Assembly: GCF_001447785.1 (NCBI RefSeq)
Contig: NW_015166507.1
Span: 102,501-166,500, forward strand
Length of the DNA: 64,000 nt
Direction of reading: 5' to 3'
From: Gekko japonicus
Lineage: Eukaryota
Shown piece after piece: positions 1-11,800 of the stretch (positions are counted from its first letter, which is position 1; each line of letters begins with the position of its first letter). The notes under the pieces are model-generated. The model was not told the DNA's origin. It worked only from the letters and a program-made list of their open reading frames with translations, and ran no database searches. The translations under genes were made by a program, and so were the position numbers.

Positions 1-111
1 CTGGCAGAACTATGGCTTGCCCAAGGTCATCCAGCCAGGTGCATGTGGAGGCGTGGGGAATCAAACCCGGTTCTCCCAGATTAGAGTCCGCGCACTCAAC
101 CACGACACCAA
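1..111 (-). mobile_element. Squam3-like tRNA-derived SINE (partial)
   Basis: Matches the head of the copies at 1722-2001 and 5291-5843. Confidence 0.75.
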
Positions 112-564
112 ACATAGCCCCCAGACCTACTGGGATCTCGGGCGCAGGGAAAGGCCCCTCCCTGCTCGCAACCCAGGATTGCTGCGGCCGGTCAGAGGAG
201 ACAACGGCCCGAGGGCCTGACTGTGCCCACGGCAGCTTCCTGTGCCTGCGCACCGACCCCATGCCTCGTTTTGCACGTTGCGTGCCCTGAGTCAAAGTCC
301 AGTCCCTTGGCACCTCTGGTTGGAAGGATCTCGGTGCTGGGGGGAAAGACCCTCCTCAGCCTGAGACCCCCCTGGAGAACTGCTGCTGAGCTAGAGGAGC
401 CCAAGGGCCTGACTCTGCAGAAGCCAACCTAGAGCAGCAACCACAGAACAGAAACCCTGGAAGGTTTTCTCAGAGGCTTCTCACACACAAAGGAGGACGT
501 TCAAGTTCACTGGGCTCATGCCAGCCCCCCCGCCGCCCCCCAGCATTTCTGCTCCACTCTCTAA

Positions 565-707
565 AAGGTAAAGGTCTCCCTTGCTCAAAAGCCAGTCGAA
601 TCCGACTCTAGGGTTGCGGTGCTCATCTCCGTTTCAAAGCCGAAGAGCCAGCGCTGTCCGAAGACGTTTCCGTGGTCATGTGGCCGGCATGAGCCCAAGG
701 CGCACGG
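565..707 (-). mobile_element. Sauria SINE fragment
   Basis: (AAAGGT)n tail and agccagtcgaatccgactctagggttgcggtgctcatctcc core, shared with the other copies. Confidence 0.75.
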
Positions 708-714
708 TAAGCAC

Positions 715-1305
715 AAAATAGTCAAAGGCAACCGTGATACATTTACAAAGGGAATATCACTCTTTTATAGATTTTCAAAAAAAACAGATCAATATCAATA
801 CGAACACATTTCTGTACATTCATACAAGAATAAACGTCAAAAAATGATTCCAGAGTGTTGACAAGCGCAGTCCAATAATCAGTTAAATCTTCTCTCATTC
901 TGCTTTCTCTAAGAGAAGATTTCACTGAGTGTGAGCATTCTGCAGAGACAGCATGCAGACATGAATGCTGAGTAGGAAAGGATTCACAGTCTACGCATAT
1001 TCTGCTCCGAAGAAGCCTTGTGAAAACGGTGTCGGCACAAGCCAGCCTGTCTGCAGATCCGTGACCTTTATACTATTTGTCTACAATCCAATATTAGTAC
1101 CAGAAAGACACAAAGATGATTTACTGTTTGTAAGAACTTTGGGTTATTGGACTGTGCTTGTCAACAGTGTGGGATCATTTTTTGACGTTTATTCTTGTAT
1201 GAATGTACAGAAATGTATTCGTATTAATACTGATCTTTTTTTTAAAAATCTATAAAAGAGTGATATTCCCTTTGCAAATATATCAAGGTTGCCACTGACT
1301 GTTTT
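715..1305. repeat. Fold-back element with inverted arms of about 165 bp (715-878 and 1144-1305)
   Basis: The arms are near reverse complements, for example tctgtacattcatacaagaataaacgtcaaaaaatga and tcattttttgacgtttattcttgtatgaatgtacaga. Confidence 0.85.
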
Positions 1306-1721
1306 CTACTCACTCATCCCATGGTCTCTCTTTGGTTATCCGCTCTCTAGGTTGGCAACGGGGCAACCAAGGACGGGATGGGGGCTCCCCCAAGTCCGCA
1401 TACTGCTCCTCCAAACAAAAGCCAAGCGTATGGATGCCAGACCGAAGGGAAGCATGCTGCCCTTTTAACTGCCTGTACTGGGTCAGATCCTCTGGATCCG
1501 TTCTGCTAGCTGTGGCACTTTCCTCCAGTGCAAGGCGCCATTGCTAGTGGAAGGGCTATATGGGGCCAAATCCAGTTATTTTACTGCATGTCTGTGTGGA
1601 GCAGTTTTACATCTCAGGTGTCAGTACACTTCTCTCTCACCCACCTTTCCTATCCATCGATCTAGTCTGGGACGGCAAGAGACAGCAGGGAGCGCATCTC
1701 CCCCCTACGGAGGTTAGAAAG

Positions 1722-2001
1722 GAGAAGAGAAGAAGAAGAGAAGAGATTGGATTTATACCCCGCCCTTCACTTGGAGTCTCAGAGCGGCTTACAAACTCCT
1801 TTCCCTTTCCCTCCCCACAACAGACACCCTGTGAGGTGGGTGAGGCTGAGAGAGCTCTGACACAAACTGCTCTTTTTCAAGGACAGCTGTGCCAGAGCTT
1901 GTGACTGACCCAAGGTCACATCAGCAGGTGCAAGTGGAGGAGTGGGGAATCAAACCCGGTTCTCCCAGATTAGAGTCCGCACACTTAACCACTGCACCAA
2001 A
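1722..2001 (-). mobile_element. Squam3-like SINE, full length
   Basis: tRNA-like A/B boxes (tggtgcagtggttaag; ggtttgattccc) on the minus strand and a (CTT)n tail. Confidence 0.8.
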
Positions 2002-2442
2002 GGAGGAGGAGGACGAGAAGAAGGTTGGCAGGCAGGAAATTCTTGAGAGGAGCCAGCTGGGTGAACAAAGAGGCAGCAGCACAGAGGACAAAGAGGAAGG
2101 GGGCAGGGGAAACGGACCTCTCTAGCCTTGCTAGCTTTACTGCCCCCCTCTAGCCTTCACTGCCCACACTCAGAAACCATCTCTGAGGAAGGTGACCGAC
2201 CCACCGCCGCACGCCATCAGCGACTGAAAGCCGCTCCTCAGTTTCAAACATCTAGAAAAACACCCCTGGAACCATCTTGGCCCAGCCTTCCACTCCCACT
2301 GCACTCGCAGGCCTCTTTCAAGGAGCACTGGAAGTTTTATGAGAAAGCAAGCAGCCGGTCTCTGCCATTCCGATATGAGTAGGACCCAGAGCGCTAGAGT
2401 CTGACCATTAGCCTGCCCTTCCCCACCCCCGCAGCCCCTCAC

Positions 2443-2810
2443 CAGATGATGACGGCCACCATCCGCAAGATGGCGTCGTTGAGGCAGTCGAAGAACTCCC
2501 GCAGGGCCTGGCCCTTCTGCTTCATGCTGCCGATCACCAGGCCGAAGCAGATGGAGAAGACCACCAGGCCCAGCGCATTGACCCCGTTGACCGAGCCAGG
2601 GCCCGGCACCACCTCCTCGTAGCTTAGCACCTCTGGGAGGCTGCCCAGGGCTTGGGTGATGTTGTGCCAGATGCCCGTGCTGTTCTCAGGAAGTGGCAGA
2701 GGGGAAGAACTGCTGCCATTGTGGGGTGGGTGTTGTGGGAGTGGTGCAGCGGTGCTGCCGGCGGGCACGAAGGTTCGGTTGACAACTCTGACGATGTACT
2801 GGGTCTTGTA
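2443..2810 (-). CDS. SLC1A6: SLC1A6 coding exon 5 (368 nt; extracellular loop to TM5)
   Basis: [13 protein letters not shown]...[48 protein letters not shown](W); ttgcag acceptor, GTGAGG donor. Confidence 0.93.
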
Positions 2811-5800
2811 CTGCAAAGGAAAGAGAAAGCGGCCACTGGAGAGACTCCAGAATGGGTGATGCTCCCAGAATGGAAGTAAAGCTTTAGAGCAGTACATCGG
2901 TGAACTGAATTATTACTATCTTGTATATACAGTACCAGCCATGGGTGTGGCCTTTACTAGAGTATGAAAAGATGGTCCCCAGCCTGAGGAACTGGTGAGC
3001 TCCCCCCCCCCCGGGCTTTCAGCAGCGTCTGGACAAACCCTTGTCAGGAATGCTCTAGGCTGATCCTGCATTGAGCAGGGGGCTGGACTAGATGGCCTGC
3101 AGGACCCCCTTCCCACTCTGTGAAAATAAACTTGATATTCCAGTCACAATTTTGTCATAACAGAAGGGACGGAGGTGCCTTGACTGTTCCGTATAGTTCA
3201 GCATTCACTCAGTGACCCTCCCTACTATTGAGGTGTGTTTGTGAGAGACATTCAGAGGTGGTTTTGCCCTCGCCTGCCTCTGCCTAGGGACCCTGTACTT
3301 TTGTTTTAGTATTTTGTTTTAGTGTTTTGACTTTTTGCTGCCTTGGGGACCCTGAACTGGGGGGGAAAGGCTGCATAAAAATGTTTCTGATACATAAAAC
3401 GAACAACCGGGCAGGGGCACTAAAGGGGCATGTCGAAGGCTGAGTAGAAAAGGCTGAATTTCAGAGACGGAAGACCGAAGTTCACACAGGAGTTGGGGGG
3501 GGGGGTGTGCCCAGGCACAAGGAGCCCTGAGGGAGAAGGGGGCGAGAGACCTCAAGGGAACGAGAGACCTCTGGATGGCCACCGGTGGTGGAGGCCCAGG
3601 AGCTCATGGGAGAAAAAGGTCCCTGTGGGGAGGGTGCCAGAAAGTGTGCCAGCAAGGATGTCCATGGAGTGTGACCGCTGGAGCAGCCTCTGCCTCACCT
3701 GCTTGAAGCACGCCTCCACAAGGTTGGGTGGGAACATGTTCCTAAAGGAGGGAGAACAGGGAGAAAAAGTGACCCTCTCTTCTCAGCCCAGGCTGGCGGA
3801 GGAAGGGCCTCCTCTGAGGGAAGACCGCAAGCCTGACTGGAGTCGTCCCCCCAACCCACCCCTGGTCACACAGCCGCTAACTGGTTACGGGAGAGACCGA
3901 GAGCCAGCCTCAACCGACTGGGGCCAGAGGACACAGCTGGGGCAGGGGGTTGACCCCATGCAGCCTCTATACAGGTCACCCCCACCCCCGCTCCATTCTG
4001 TGAGACCCCCCTGCCCGGCAGCACCGTCTCTTACAGCTGGTCAGCCATCCTCTCAGCACTGGCAGAGGCCTGGTGGCTCAGTGGCAGAGCCTCTGCTTGA
4101 CGTGCAGAAGGTCCCAGGTTTCATCCCTGGCTTATCCAGTTAAAAGGACCAGGCAGCAGGTGAGGGGAAAGGCCTTTCTCTGCCTGAGGCCCTGGTGAGC
4201 CGCTGCCCGTCTGGCCTTGATGGACCACGGGCCGGATTCAGCAGAAGATGGATATAGGTGTGGTCACCCTGCCCACCCCAGTTACTCACCGGATGAGGTC
4301 CATGAAGGCGTCTGTCGCATGGACCTGCTCCGCCTTCCCCTCCGACTGGGCTTTGGCTTTGCCTCCTTTGCCGGGGTGGATGATGAGGACCATGAAGATC
4401 CCGATGAAGACAGCGATGACAGTAGTCAGCATGTAATAGACAACAGCACGCATGCCCATCTTGCCAGAGGCCCGGCCGTCCAGCGACGCCATCCCTGAGG
4501 GAAAACCGGACTTCTGGGTCAGTGGCCAGCAAGGCCTCTCAGAGGCCCAGCAAGAGGCAAACAGGCAAGGCCAGCCACCGGGCGCCAAACCGGGCGCCGT
4601 CCACCATCGCACGGGGAGCCAAATGAGGCCAATGTCCAGAGCCGCATTCGGCCCACGTGAAAAACGTCACAAATCTTACCAAGGAAGGCTTTGTCACGGA
4701 GGAGGGTGTGTCATCTCCATGATCGCGAGCAAGGGGAAAGGGGGCTGGGGAAAATGGTTTGCCACTTCCCCCAAATATTTATGTGTTGATTTACTTCCTT
4801 CCGCTTTACCCCACCTTTCTCCCTAACAGGCGGACATCATTCTTCGCTCCTCCATTTTATTCTCACAACAACCCTGTAAAGTAAGTTAGGCAGAGAGACT
4901 AGGCCCAGCCTCAGAAGGGGAGGAAGAGGATCCCCTGCAAATCACCCCACGCTGGGGGGCGAAGGCCTTCCCGGGGGAGCTGCCAGGCCCACTCACAAGG
5001 AAGCCCCACCCGGGGAAACGGCAGAATCAGGGAACCGGGGGCATTCTAATGGGGCTGGACTCCCCACGGCCATTCTGGGACCTCTCGAGGACAAAGAGCC
5101 TGACCAGACAAGACGGCATGTTCTTCTCCTTGAGAAGATGATGTTCTGCACCAAAGGCTGTCATTGTTTTAAAAAATGAAGAGAAGGAAACCAAAGGCTC
5201 CACCAGGAAATCTCAGGTGCCCTGAGAAGGTGCTGGTGCTGCACTCCTATGAGATGGATCCTGCTCTCTGTTCCTTCCAAGGGTTCAGGCCAGTTTGGTG
5301 TAGTGGTTAAGTGGGCGGACTCTAATCTGGGAGAACCGGGTTTGATTCCCCACTCCTCCACTTGCACCTGCTGGATGACCTTGGGCAAGCCGTAGTTCTG
5401 TCAGAGCTGTCCTTGAGAAAGAGCAGTTTCTGTCAGAGCTCTCTCAGCCCCTCCCACCTCACAGGGTATCTGTTGTGGGGAGGGGGAGGGAAAGGAGTTT
5501 GTAAGCCGCTCTGAGACTCCCTTGCGTAGTGAAGGGTGGGGTATAAATCAGTTTGGTGTCGTGGTTAAGTGCGCGGACTCTAATCTGGGAGAACCGGGTT
5601 TGATTCCCCACTCCTCCACTTGCACCTGGCTGGATGACCTTGGGCAAGCCGTAGTTCTGGCACAACTGTTCTTGAAAAAGAGCAGTTTCTGTCAGAGCTC
5701 TCTCAGCCCCACCTACCTCACAGGGTGTCTGTTGTGGGGAGGGGGAGGGAAAGGAGTTTGTAAGCCACTCTGAGACTCCCTTGGGTAGTGAAGGGCAGGG

Positions 5801-8800
5801 TATAAATCCAATCTCCTCCTCCTTCTCCTCCTCCTCTTCTTCTTTGTCCCAGCAAAGAGTTCCAGGACCTGGACTCTTGACCACCCTGGTGGACTCAACC
5901 CAGACACCTCAAAAAAGGAGCATGCTTAAAAGCTGGCTGGATCCCTCTAGTTTAGCCCCCCCATTTCTGACAGTCAGTAGCTCACACCAATGTTCAAGCT
6001 GAGTTAGTGTGAGCTAGCTGATCATTTTTTAGCCTCTGGCTCACACGTTTTTGTCCTAGCTCAGGAAGGATGGCTCCAGAGCCAACTAATTTATGCAGCA
6101 GCCAAATCGCTCGCTCACNNNNNNNNNNNNNNNNNNNNNNNNNNNNNNAGGCTCCACAGCTTTGAGGGAGCATTGCTCACATCCATGGCTGATGGTGACA
6201 TGAGATCATAAGAAGAGCCCTGCTGGATCAGAGCAATGAGGGTCCATCTAGTCCAGTGTCCTTTTTCACAGAGTGGCCAACCAGTTGCCCTGGAGCGCCA
6301 ACAAACAGGGCACAGAGGCCAAGGCCTTCCCCTGATGTTGTTTTCCAGCATCAGCCTTCAGAGGTTTACTGCCTCTCTCGCAGATCATTAATGCCGGTAG
6401 TCTTGGAGTTTGTTCTCCCTATTCATTACCCCTCCTCCCCTTGCATACCTCCATGGTACCGTATATCGCTAATCTGACAATCCCAGTTTTTAGGAGGGTT
6501 TTTATGCTTGCAAGGTTCAACCTTTTCCCCTCAGTAGTGGTCTCCGGTAGATATAGGGGTGTTCCGTACAAGGATAGACTTTGTAACTGTAATCTTGGGG
6601 AACCTGATTCTATCACCCATATTCTCTTTCGTTGTCCTAAATATTTCGCTATGCGCAATGTTTTGATTCGCCCGCTTCTCCCTTTGTAGAGAGATTTTCT
6701 GGATAGGGATTTAAATTTCTTTCTAGCAGACAAGAGTCCAGCAATAACACTATCTGTCGCTGAATTTTTGACTTATGTATGGAAGTCAAGAGTAGTGCTT
6801 TGTAAATCTTGTAAACCATGTTAGGATTGCTTTGTATTTTGAGATATTGGGAATATTGGTTAACGTTGTTTTAGCACTACCCCTTAAACTTTTCCTTTGT
6901 TCTGGTTTATCTATGTTATGCCAATAAAGGTTTTCTGTTCTGTTACTGCCTCTGAATGTGGAGGTTCCTTTTATTAACCGTGGCCTGTTATAAGCAGCTT
7001 TGGGCTCCCAGTGGGCAGAAAGGCAGAACATAAATGAAGCAAATAAATAATAAATCTAACTGAAGACAAAAGGGAGGTTGTTTTAGTGTGTGAGAAGGAG
7101 AGCAGGGGAAGGTGAGGATATGGTGGTTACCAGGACGAGATAAAGAGGAAATAGTGTGGGGAGGGGGATTCAAGGGAAAGTGACAGGCCCCATGCAAGTC
7201 CTTGCGGGTTCCCCACTGTACAACTGGATCTGGCGGCTGGCAGCACACAAGTAAGCCCAGCCCTGCGGACAGCACAATGTAGCTAGGCCATACTTTACCA
7301 CGGTAAAGTCTGCTGGGGAAGTAAGGGAGGGAAAGCTGAAGACCGGGTGGTGGCAGATAAAGGTAGGCTGGCTGTGGGGTGGGAAAGAGAGAAGGAAGCA
7401 GCAAAAGGAGAGAGACTACCAGAGAAGGGAAAGANNNNNNNNNNNNNNNNNNNNNNNNNNNNCCCCATGCAAGTCCTTGTGGGTCCCCCCCTTTAATTTG
7501 ATAACCCTGTCATGTCTCCCTTTAGCTCTTTTTTTTTTTTTGCAGACCCAGAACTCCCAGAGACTTTTCAGCCCGTCCTCCTAGGAAAGGTGCTCTAACT
7601 CGCTAATCCTCCTGGCTGCCTGCTTTTCGACTTCTTCCTGTCCCACAATATTCTTTTTGAGAAACAGCAACCAAAAAACGGCACACGGTATTTCAAATGA
7701 GGCTGCACCGCTACTTTATACGAGGGAAATACAATATTGGCCATTTTATTTTTCAGTTGCTTTCTTTAAAAAACCAAGAATGGAGTTTTTCACTGCTGCT
7801 ACACACTGGGTGCGTTCAGACGGGGGATTTGCAACGGAATAGGTGCCGGTTGGAATCGGTGTACTTACCGGTGTTCACATGGCGAACAGCTGCCTTCCGT
7901 CCCTAACTGTTGCAAAGAGCTTTACACCGTTGTATTCTGCCACTAGGTCCCCAAGTGGTGGTATCCTGAGTACAACGGTTGTAATCGCTTTACCCCCGTC
8001 TGATCGCTCTTCAACGTTGCAGAGCCACTTCCGTTTGGAAGCCTGAGGCTTCCGATTTTCACCCACCATTTTTTTTAAAGGTCGGCGATATGCGCTTGAG
8101 CGAAGCTTCGCCCTGGCGTTTGTTTAAAAAAAGAGAGAAAAGGGCCTTAGTTTATCGTTTCGTAGGCGTCCGGGACCTCAGGAAGGCTACTTTGCTCTTT
8201 AAACATTAAAGCTAAGTCCTTACCTTTAAAGTTTAAATGTAAGACGGGGGGTTTTGCGCATGCGCGAAGATCGCCATTCTGTCGATGGCTGCCTATGCGC
8301 ATGCGGAAACCAAGTAAAAAAAACCAAACAAACCGCCGACACCCACTGTGTGTGGATGGGCGTATTGCAATGGGATCCGCAGTCAGGAGGTGAGTGTGAT
8401 TGCGTTTCAGCCGGCATAAACTGCACCGGTTCCAACCGGTACAGTTTATGCTGGCTGAAACGCCCCGTCTGAACGCACCCACTAAGTCACCACTCTCATA
8501 GAGCTTTCCACTCCAACCCCCAAGATCTCTCCAGTCTCTGTCTCAGCTAGTTCAAAGCCCATCTGCATATATTTCAAGTTAGAGGGGTTTTTTGTACTAA
8601 CGTGCACTGCCTAACACTTGTCAACGCTGAACTTCATTTGCCATGTTGCTGCCCACTAGCACAATTTACAGAAGAAGAAGAAGAGTTAGATTTATACTCC
8701 AACCTTCACTCAGAGTGGCTTACAATCTCCTTCCCTTCCCCTTCCCACAACAAACACCCAGTGAGACAGGTGAGGCTGAGAGAGCTCTGAGAAAACTGCT

Positions 8801-11800
8801 CTTGAGAGAACAGCTCTGAGAGAACTGTGACTGACCCAATGGCACCCAGCTGGCTGCATGTGGAGGAGGAGTGGGGAATCAAACCTGGTTCTCCAGATTA
8901 GAGTCCACTGCTCTTCACCACTACACCAAAGTGGCTCTCAGAGAGTCTTCAAGAGCTCTTCGCAGCCAGCCTTGGTTTTCACCATCTTGAATCATTTGGT
9001 ATCATCTGCAAATTACATTGCTAACACCCCAATTCCAAATCATTTTTGGACAGACTGAACAGCTCTGGTCCCCGATACCGATCCTTGTGGGACCCCACTG
9101 CTCACTTCCCCTCCACTGTGGGAGCTGCCCATTGATTCCTACTCTCTGCTTCCTGTCGTTTAACCAATTTAAGCAATTTTTAATCCATAAGAGGAGCCGT
9201 CCTCTTATCCCACGACTGCTAAGCTTACTCAGGAGTCTTTGGTACCTTGTCTAAATCCTTCTACAAGTACAAGGATATCATGTCTATTGGATCACCCTTA
9301 TCCACATGCCTGTTCACTCCAAAACGTCAGTGAGGCAGGACTTCCCTTTACAAAAGCCATGCAGAGGTAAACGGCCCCCTGGACTAGAAGGCTCCTAACA
9401 ACCCTGCAGCCTCCGCCTGCTGCCAGGATACCCGTCAAGCCCTGGTTGGTCCCTCCCGCCCATGGCAGCCCCGCCCTGCCCTGCCCACAAGCAGCTGACC
9501 TGTGATGAGGCTGGACACGATGAGCGGCAGGACCAGCATCTGCAGCATCCGCATGAGCAGCTCCCCGGGGAAGGAGAAGTACTTGACCTGGCGGTAGGTC
9601 ATTTTGTAGGGCCGCAGGGCCATGGCCAGCGTGATCCCTGCAGGGCAGGATGGGAAGCCGCAGGTCAGGCGTGACGGGTGGTGGTGGACAGGATCTCCCC
9701 CCTCCTTCAGCTCTGCGTCAACAAAACCACCTCCCCTTGCGAGCCCAGCCTGCAAAGCCGTTGCCTCTCATGTGTGGCAAGCAGAGTACGACCCTCAGCC
9801 TGGCTACCCCGGTTCTGATCTGGCCACAGCTCTCTGGGTCTCGGGCAGAGAAAGGCCATTCCCAGCAAACCCACAGCTGGAGAGAGCCCCTCCTGTCCCC
9901 AACACCAGAGATCCTTTAACTTGACAAGTCATGGCTCAATCCTGGATGCAAAGAGGGGCCTATCCCAGTTGGGCTACCCGAGATCTTTCCCCTTCGATCT
10001 TCACGCAAGGAAGGCACCGCCCCACTGAGCTTCTGGGCACACTGGGAACAGAGGCTGTGACAGACTTGGGGCAGGGCGCTCTCTCCTCGTTAGGCACAGG
10101 AAACCCTACTGGGGGAGGAGGAAGAAGAAGAAGAACCACCTTCGGTCCGTTAGGATGGTGGATGGAGTGACTATTTCATGGCGGGGGATCCATTCAAGCC
10201 GCAGAGCTTGAATGGTCCGGGAAACGTGTCACTGGCCAGGACCCAAAGAAGCCCACTTGACTCTATCCACGAGCCCAGCATCACTTGGCAAACGGCTTTT
10301 GGGAATGGGGTGTGCATGCATGCATGCCAGAATCAGAGCTGGACAAGTGAGGGCCCACAAGACTTGCGAGAGAGGGAATCCAACCCACCCACCATTTCTT
10401 GATGGGCCCAGGATGGCTCCCCGGCTCCCCTGCGGCCCCCATGGGGCCCAGCACGGCTCTCAGGCTGCCTCACTGCCACCGGGCCTGCTGTGGCTNNNNN
10501 NNNNNNNNNNNNNNNNNNNNNNNNNNNNNNNNNNNNNNNNNNNNNNNNNNNNNNNNNNNNNNNNNNNNNNNNNNNNNNNNNNNNNNNNNNNNNNNNNNNN
10601 NNNNNNNNNNNNNNNNNNNNNNNNNNNNNNNNNNNNNNNNNNNNNNNNNNNNNNNNNNNNTCAGAGAATGCTGTTTTATTGGGGGGGATTTAAATCTCCC
10701 AATGTTGTGGGTTTTTTAAAGATTTCAGGTTTTTCCTGCAAATTTGGGGCCGTCACCCAATTTTGCAGAAAAATCTGTTTAGTCCAAGTCTGGCCCCGAT
10801 CCGCAGATTTAGATATCTGCAGATGGGGGCCACACTTGGGAAACAGGAGGCACCCCCAGAAAGGACATCAACTCTCTAGAGCAATAAACTCAAATCCCAC
10901 CAAATGTTTTCAAGTGACAACATCTGCTTACAAAGCATATGAGAGATGGGATTTGGGTTTTTTGTTTGTTTGTTTGGTTTAAGTTTTGCAGAACAGATGG
11001 GGAAGGGCGCAACGGCAGCCCTCTCTGCATTGAGCTCCAGACAGTTTCCAAGCCCGATCCAGCAGCCACCCCAGCTCCCAGGGCCTCGGCCTTTCCCTGC
11101 TTTCTTTCTTTGGGGTTTTGAAATTGGACAGCTCAAGTGCTGCCTTTCTGGTCTGTTCTTGATCAGCATTCTATCCAAGTCCGAGCCAAGGCACCCCGTG
11201 ACCATTTTAATCCCCGGTGGCGTTTCTCAAGCAGCCAGCTTTTCCCGCACTGTGCACAGGGTTGAGCAATCCCAAAGTCTCCCAGGGCGGATTAGGGCGG
11301 CCAAGGCAGATCTTGAGCATGCGCTTGGGGGAGAGCCAGTCCACAGGTTAACCCCAGCTTCACTCCTCCTGTCCCCTGCCCGATATTCCCCGTCCCGAAT
11401 CCTTTGCCTCAGCATGACAGGATGTGCTGGGGCGAGGAACGGCCCACCCACCGCTCAAGGACTTCCAGGGCTGGGCTGCCAGCCAGTGATAAAGCACTCC
11501 CGTCAACTGTCAGCTATCCGCCCGACAAGCAGCCGCATGTCTGACAGGCAACCGGCCAGTGCGGTAGGAACAGATCCAGCAACTGCCACGGAAAGAAATC
11601 CTTTGGACACGCTTGTTTTGGTTGGAGCTGCACTGCTCAAAAACCCCCAAGTGGGGGCTGGGGCAGAGGGGAGGGGCCCGCTTCAGCCTGTAAAGCTCTG
11701 CGCAGTGGAGAAGACGACGGGAGTCTGAGGTGCCACATCGACACTTCCCGGCCACCCAATTCAGCCCGCAAGCCAGCGGACGCACAAAGCAATAACAGAG

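Noticed and set aside
5291-5365. tRNA gene
   Set aside because: tRNA-like head of a multi-copy SINE; the same applies to 4067 and 45758
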